Virus record (IMG/VR): IMGVR_UViG_3300011200_000001
From: a virus
DNA: 44,019 nt
Direction: 5' to 3' (one strand)
The notes under the pieces are model-generated. The model was given only the letters and a program-made list of their open reading frames with translations, did no database searches and was not told the origin of the DNA. This document shows, in pieces, positions 39,271 to 44,019 of this stretch. Made by a program: the position numbers and the translations under genes. Numbering within the stretch: position 1 is the stretch's first letter; each line of letters opens with the position of its first letter.

Positions 39271-40361
39271 GGCACATCCCCCTCGGGGCGGGTCGAGCGG
39301 GTCGTGATCTGCTGCGGGCTGTCCACGTCCAGCGGGATCGTGACCGTGTCGATGAGGTGCTTCTCCGTCGTCCCGTCAGGGAGCAGCACCGCGATGACGT
39401 CCCCACCATCCAGCGCCGGGTTGACTGCGGACTCGATGGACACCTGCGCGGCCAGCCCTGTGACCCGGGACAGGATCGCCTGAGCCGCAGCGAGGGCCTG
39501 CCCTGCGGTGGTCAGCAGTGGGCTGCTGTAGAACGTGGGGACGTTGCCGAACGCGCCACCGACATAGGTGGGCGAGGCCACGTCGGAGTCGTAGGCGATC
39601 TGCGGAGCGAACGGGACAGACCCGTCTGTGCCCTCGGGTAGCGCAACGACCACGTTGAATGTCCGGGCGCGGTCGCGGGCACGGTCAGCGCCAACCAGCA
39701 CCCCGGACTCGCCGGCATCGACCGTCCACACGGATGCGTTGGTCAGCACCGGAAGGTTGCGGGCGACCAGCGACCCGTCGCGGGCGAAGTAGATCTCCGC
39801 GGCGGCTGACTTCACCAGTTCCTCGATGGCCTGGTCGCGGTCGCGGTCCCAGATCTGGGAGCGGGTCGTGGCTGCGCTGGTGGCGGTGTTGACGTAGCCC
39901 ACAGAAACGGCACCCGTGGCGAGCCTGATGGCCTCGGTGACTGCGCCACCGTTGGTCGTGGCAGGGTTCAGGAACCTCGCCCGCTGCACCGTCGCCCACC
40001 GGTCCGGGGCGGTCAGGTCAATGGTCCCGTCTACGCCGTAGCTCATCTTCTGGGAGTCGATGCCGAACACCCCAAGGGGGACGTACTCGGTTGTGCCGTC
40101 GATGAAACGGATGCCGCGGTAGGGCACCACTTCGGTGCCGATGGGAGCGAGGATGTCCCACAGCGCGCCGCCCTCATCGCGTGCCGACGTCAGGGACAGA
40201 GTCGAGCGGACCCCACCGGAGGTCGCGTCGATGGAGACCTGCCCACCGGAGTACCCCAGGTCAGCGACGATCATGGTGCCTGCGCGCCACACCTCAACGC
40301 GAGTTAGTGCGGTGTGGCCCGTGCGGAGCGCGGCCTGGAATCTGAGCGAAACTGGATACAC
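39267..40361 (-). CDS. minor tail protein (DUF5047-like, tail-tip/Tal-position)
   Basis: The start (V)YPVSLRFQAALRTGHTALTRVEVW is typical of this actinophage tail family. The gene lies two genes after the tape measure. Confidence 0.65.
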   Translation of the reverse strand: MYPVSLRFQAALRTGHTALTRVEVWRAGTMIVADLGYSGGQVSIDATSGGVRSTLSLTSARDEGGALWDILAPIGTEVVPYRGIRFIDGTTEYVPLGVFGIDSQKMSYGVDGTIDLTAPDRWATVQRARFLNPATTNGGAVTEAIRLATGAVSVGYVNTATSAATTRSQIWDRDRDQAIEELVKSAAAEIYFARDGSLVARNLPVLTNASVWTVDAGESGVLVGADRARDRARTFNVVVALPEGTDGSVPFAPQIAYDSDVASPTYVGGAFGNVPTFYSSPLLTTAGQALAAAQAILSRVTGLAAQVSIESAVNPALDGGDVIAVLLPDGTTEKHLIDTVTIPLDVDSPQQITTRSTRPEGDVP

Positions 40362-40364
40362 AGG

Positions 40365-40679
40365 TCACGCGCCCGCGAGCGCGTCCCACACGGATGCAAC
40401 CCGAGCTAGGAAGTCCTCATCGGTTGGCGCCACCACATCGACAAGGTCTGTACCGGCGAGGACCCAGCGCAGACGTGGCGCCGCAGTGGCAGGGTCGCGG
40501 AGCACCTCACGGGCGAACGAGCGTCGGACGTTCAGCCGTGCCCGCTCGTCTGCAGGGGTGTCACCGGTTGGGCGCGGTTCCGCGGCCACGGCCAGCGCGG
40601 TCATGATCGTGGCCACAAGGACCCTATTGCTGAGGGTGTTATCGCTGGCGAAGGTGACGCGCTGCGCGAATGTCGCCAT
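40365..40679 (-). CDS. hypothetical protein (104 aa)
   Basis: ATG at 40679 follows GAGGAC. This is an internal start within the track ORF. Confidence 0.55.
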   Translation of the reverse strand: MATFAQRVTFASDNTLSNRVLVATIMTALAVAAEPRPTGDTPADERARLNVRRSFAREVLRDPATAAPRLRWVLAGTDLVDVVAPTDEDFLARVASVWDALAGA

Positions 40680-40689
40680 CAGGGGGTCC

Positions 40690-41490
40690 TCACGTCGTGG
40701 GAGCGAGCAGGTCGATGTAGTCCGTGAAGTCGGCCAGGACGACCGTGTACGTGGCAGACTCAGCCAAGACGTCCGCGTAGGTGCGCTGCGACTGTGAGCC
40801 ACCCACGGGCCTGCTGACGACGTGATACGGGCCGGAGATCAGCCGGTAAGGATCGTCGCCTGTCTCGGTCTCACGGGCCTCCATGAGGTCGCCAAGGCTG
40901 ATGTACTCGTAGCTGACACCCCACCCCAGAGACTCGGGCACGTTGAGCAGCAGCACCGCGGCGTCCGCGGTGAGCGCGACCAGCGCGCCAAGCTCGTCCA
41001 ACGTGCGGGTGCGGATCACGAGCGTGGCCTGCACAGCCTTACGTTTGCCGTCCGTCACGACGATGGGCTCGGCGCGACCGTAGGGGGCGAAGATCCCGCG
41101 GGACACAGGCCGGCTCCGGTCCCCAAGGGACTTGACCTTGGGCAGCATCATCGACAGGGCAGGGATGCCGGGGTGGATCAGCCACACGTCGGCAACGGCC
41201 AACGTCACGGTGTCAGCCAGGGTGTCCATGAAGAATCCTGGGTTCATGTACTGCGCCACCGCGGAGTACATGACCGACGCCCCGAAGGGTGCCTCGTAGT
41301 CGTAGCCCACCCACGCTGTGCCGGTGATGCTCGCAGGGTCAGCGAGACGGACCACGCGGGTGCGTCCGTCCGGGTCGGTGCGGGTGATGAGCACAGACCC
41401 GGCGGTGGACCCACCAGGCAAGGTCACATCGAGGCGGTTGCGTGGCGGGAGGTTCCCAGGCTCGGTGGTGACGACGAACGTGGCGGGCAT
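40690..41490 (-). CDS. distal tail protein (Dit-like)
   Basis: The ATG overlaps the tape measure stop (TGATG). The 266-aa size and the position immediately after the tape measure gene fit a Dit. Confidence 0.7.
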   Translation of the reverse strand: MPATFVVTTEPGNLPPRNRLDVTLPGGSTAGSVLITRTDPDGRTRVVRLADPASITGTAWVGYDYEAPFGASVMYSAVAQYMNPGFFMDTLADTVTLAVADVWLIHPGIPALSMMLPKVKSLGDRSRPVSRGIFAPYGRAEPIVVTDGKRKAVQATLVIRTRTLDELGALVALTADAAVLLLNVPESLGWGVSYEYISLGDLMEARETETGDDPYRLISGPYHVVSRPVGGSQSQRTYADVLAESATYTVVLADFTDYIDLLAPTT

Positions 41491-44019
41491 CAGTTCCCCC
41501 CGTAGACGAGTCCGTCGACCAGCTGCTGAGTGTGGCCATCAACGGTGGCGGACACGATCTGGGTCAACTCACGGTCCCCGATCTTGACGACGATGGACTG
41601 GATACGACCCGGCGCCGGCCTGGCCCCGTAGGTGGACGCGGCGACACCTTGGGGCAGCGCCCACCGCGGCAGTGCTGCAACCTTCGGTGCGTACCTGGCC
41701 TCCACCGCTGCCTGACGTAAGGCCAGCGACTTCTCGCGGTTGACCGAGATGTTCATGTCGTGGGACAGGCGGCTGCGCACCGCGGGGCTTCGGGCTGCCT
41801 GCGAGGCCAGGGTGTACGCCTCGTCATCGGCCTGCATAACCAGCTGGTCGGCCAACGTCCCGAACCCGCGTTTGCGCAGGTAGTCGACGTTGCGCAGGAA
41901 CGCCAGGGTGGAGGCGTTGGACTTGGTCGCCGCGGCGTGGAACCGGGACGAGTAGGGCCTGGTCGCGAGGTTGCGCGCGGCCTCGGCGCCCCTGAGTCTG
42001 ACTGTCGCCGCCCGCAACGTCCCGCGGCTGTTGGCCAGGCGGTCCTCTGCGGCGTTGACCTGCCGGGTCGTGTGGCCCTTGGTGTGCCGCAGCTTGTAGA
42101 GGGCGTTCTCTGCGGTGTGCAGCGCGGTGGTGGCCTTGGCCTGACGTAGGCGCATGGCGGTGATGTCCGCGGCGCTGGGGGAACTGGTGGGCATCCGACC
42201 CGTGATCGCGGAGAAGTCAGCCGAGACGAACCCGCCAGTGGCGAAGTGCTGAGGTGAGCCGACCGGGCCACCATCGGCGAACCGGTTGACGCTGTGCAAC
42301 GCGGCGAGGCCGATGCGCTTGGTGGACGCGGCGTTGATGACGAACTCACCATTGCTCAGCAACGCCGGGATCGAGTCGGAGGTCCCGGTGCCGGGGCCGG
42401 TGATGTACCCGCCAGTGGCCACCTTCGGTCCCAGCCTTGCATCCTGCGAGGCCCGGATCGACTTCGTCACCGTGTAGTTCAGATGCGTCGTCTTGATGAA
42501 CACTTCTTTGCCGCGCAGTGCGTTGATCTGACGTTGCAGATCGGCGATCCTCGCCCTACCTGCTGCGGTGTTGGCGTCGATTCCAGGCTTCCTGCCCTGG
42601 CGGATCGCGTTGATCTGTGCCTTGAGCGCGGTGATCTTCGCGTCCGCGGCGGCCTTGTCGATCTGCACCTTGGTCAGGTGCTGCTTGGGGATCTTGATAA
42701 TCGAGTCCGCGTAGGCGTTGGCCTGGGCCTTCGTCATCCCGAACTTGATACCCGTGGCCACCAGCGCGGACCGCGAGGACACCAGCGAGGCCCGCATCTT
42801 CGCCTCGGACCCGGTCTCCGCGTAGATGCTCTTGGCCAGGTTCAGCGCCGCACTGGCCTGCCCGTCCAGGGCAGCAGCGTTGTCGCGCTGCTTCGACTTG
42901 TTGATGTCCAGGCCCTTGCCGTTCTTCCGCAACGCGTCCGTGGCAGCCACCTGGGCGTCCTTCAAGGCCCGCTGCGCCGAACGTGTCGACAGGACCACCA
43001 GACCCGCGTCCTGCAACGACTGCACCTCGGCGTCGATGGCCTCCTTGGCAGCGGTTGCTGACTCTTTCAGCGCAGTCTGTGCAGAGGTCAACTTCTCGGT
43101 GCCACCAGCAGCGCCGCCCGCAGCCTCACCCGCCGCCTTCTGGGCCGCAGCCAACTGAGGCAGCGCAGCCATGACAGTCGCCACCGAGTAGCCCTGCTTG
43201 GTCGCCTCGTCGGTGACCCGCCTGAGCAGCACGGCAGCCTGCTCAGCGTTCCCGCTGGCGACCATGGTCGCCAAGCCGCTGTCGAGGGTCTTGAAGAACT
43301 CGATGGACTGGTTGGTCTCCGAGGTCTCAAACCCAGTCAGGTTCCCCGGCGAGATCGAGGAGAAGAACGCGCTGACCTTATGCCCAAGCTCAGGACTGAA
43401 CACGTTGTTGATCGTGTTACCCAGGTCGTCGAAGTGGCGGTTGATCAGGTCCGCGCTGCCGCCGCTGGCCTTGCCGCTGGTCGCGAACTGGGTCAGCGCC
43501 TTGCTCGCTGCCAGCGCTTCCGGGGCGAGTTGGCCGAACGTCCCGCTGACCTTGGTCGCAGCAGCATCCAAGATGGGGATACCAACGAGGGCAACAGTGG
43601 ACGCGATACCCAGGCCCTTGATGGCCGTCGCGGCAACGGCGCCCGAGCGACCCATGTTCGTCAGGGCGACTTGTGCAGCCAGCGCCTTCGGGACCAGGGT
43701 CACCATGGCGCCACCAGTCAGCAGCGCAGCCGCGGTGACGGCACCGAGGGCGAGCGCGCCCTGCTGCACAGGCCCCGGCAAGGCCCCGTACCGGTCAACG
43801 ACGCCTTGCAGGTTGCTGGTCATCGAGCGCAGCATCCCGTTCGTGGCTGACCCGGACACGATCAGCACCGAGGACAGCGACCCGCCAAGACGCTCGACGT
43901 CGCCCTTGAGGTTGTCCGTGAGCATCGCGGCCTGCTCGGCTGCGAACCCGGCATCGTTGACCTTCTTCGTCCAGGTGTCGATAGCCCCCGCGCCACCTTC
44001 GTACAGGATGCGCGCCGCG
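41490..44019 (-). CDS. tail tape measure protein, C-terminal part (43943-44019 duplicates 1-77; the true start is GTG at 982 across the junction)
   Basis: The frame is open to the window end and continuous with 982..1. The product is long, Ala-rich and helical. Confidence 0.9.
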   Translation of the reverse strand, partial: AARILYEGGAGAIDTWTKKVNDAGFAAEQAAMLTDNLKGDVERLGGSLSSVLIVSGSATNGMLRSMTSNLQGVVDRYGALPGPVQQGALALGAVTAAALLTGGAMVTLVPKALAAQVALTNMGRSGAVAATAIKGLGIASTVALVGIPILDAAATKVSGTFGQLAPEALAASKALTQFATSGKASGGSADLINRHFDDLGNTINNVFSPELGHKVSAFFSSISPGNLTGFETSETNQSIEFFKTLDSGLATMVASGNAEQAAVLLRRVTDEATKQGYSVATVMAALPQLAAAQKAAGEAAGGAAGGTEKLTSAQTALKESATAAKEAIDAEVQSLQDAGLVVLSTRSAQRALKDAQVAATDALRKNGKGLDINKSKQRDNAAALDGQASAALNLAKSIYAETGSEAKMRASLVSSRSALVATGIKFGMTKAQANAYADSIIKIPKQHLTKVQIDKAAADAKITALKAQINAIRQGRKPGIDANTAAGRARIADLQRQINALRGKEVFIKTTHLNYTVTKSIRASQDARLGPKVATGGYITGPGTGTSDSIPALLSNGEFVINAASTKRIGLAALHSVNRFADGGPVGSPQHFATGGFVSADFSAITGRMPTSSPSAADITAMRLRQAKATTALHTAENALYKLRHTKGHTTRQVNAAEDRLANSRGTLRAATVRLRGAEAARNLATRPYSSRFHAAATKSNASTLAFLRNVDYLRKRGFGTLADQLVMQADDEAYTLASQAARSPAVRSRLSHDMNISVNREKSLALRQAAVEARYAPKVAALPRWALPQGVAASTYGARPAPGRIQSIVVKIGDRELTQIVSATVDGHTQQLVDGLVYGGN

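Overview
The window is a complete, circularly closed genome of 43,942 unique bp. Bases 1-77 recur exactly at 43943-44019. It is a high-GC, temperate, siphovirus-type actinobacteriophage or excised prophage. Almost all genes are on the minus strand and are tightly coupled by ATGA/GTGA/TGATG start-stop overlaps.

Minus-strand gene order, from 31.3 kb downward:
- Early genes: a Cro-like protein and an Xis-family HTH protein.
- Recombination and replication: YqaJ-like exonuclease, RecT, DnaQ-like exonuclease, J-domain protein, HNH endonuclease, a DUF2303-like protein, a DnaB/RepA-like helicase next to an iteron origin, and a RuvC-like resolvase.
- Packaging: large terminase, portal and a MuF-like protein.
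- Head: protease-scaffold fusion, DUF2190-like protein and major capsid protein.
- Connector genes, followed by a 3.5-kb accessory island.
- Tail: major tail protein, then the G/GT tail chaperones with a CCCUUUU -1 slip site.
- Tape measure gene, which is split by the window ends.
- Distal tail protein, minor tail proteins and an SGNH-esterase fibre.
- Lysis: a membrane protein, an amidase endolysin and an r1t-type holin, followed by a terminator.

Plus-strand genes are few:
- a repressor and a lipoprotein, convergent with a tyrosine integrase;
- an MmpS-like lipoprotein beyond attP, where attP carries a tRNA 3' end;
- a self-contained two-gene cassette with its own promoter and operator inside the tail module;
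- two mini-ORFs that fill otherwise unexplained gaps in the late operon.

The most interesting observations:
- the autonomous opposite-strand cassette at 4.2-5.2 kb;
- a conserved ~28-nt tandem-TGACCC element sitting on the stop codons of accessory genes;
- two tail proteins that share an N-terminal anchor and a 3' flank but carry different carbohydrate esterases (CE4 and SGNH);
- a holin ORF that can only start at ATT;
- an iteron origin that shares a 15-nt motif with attP.

All functional calls come from motif recognition by eye; no searches were run.
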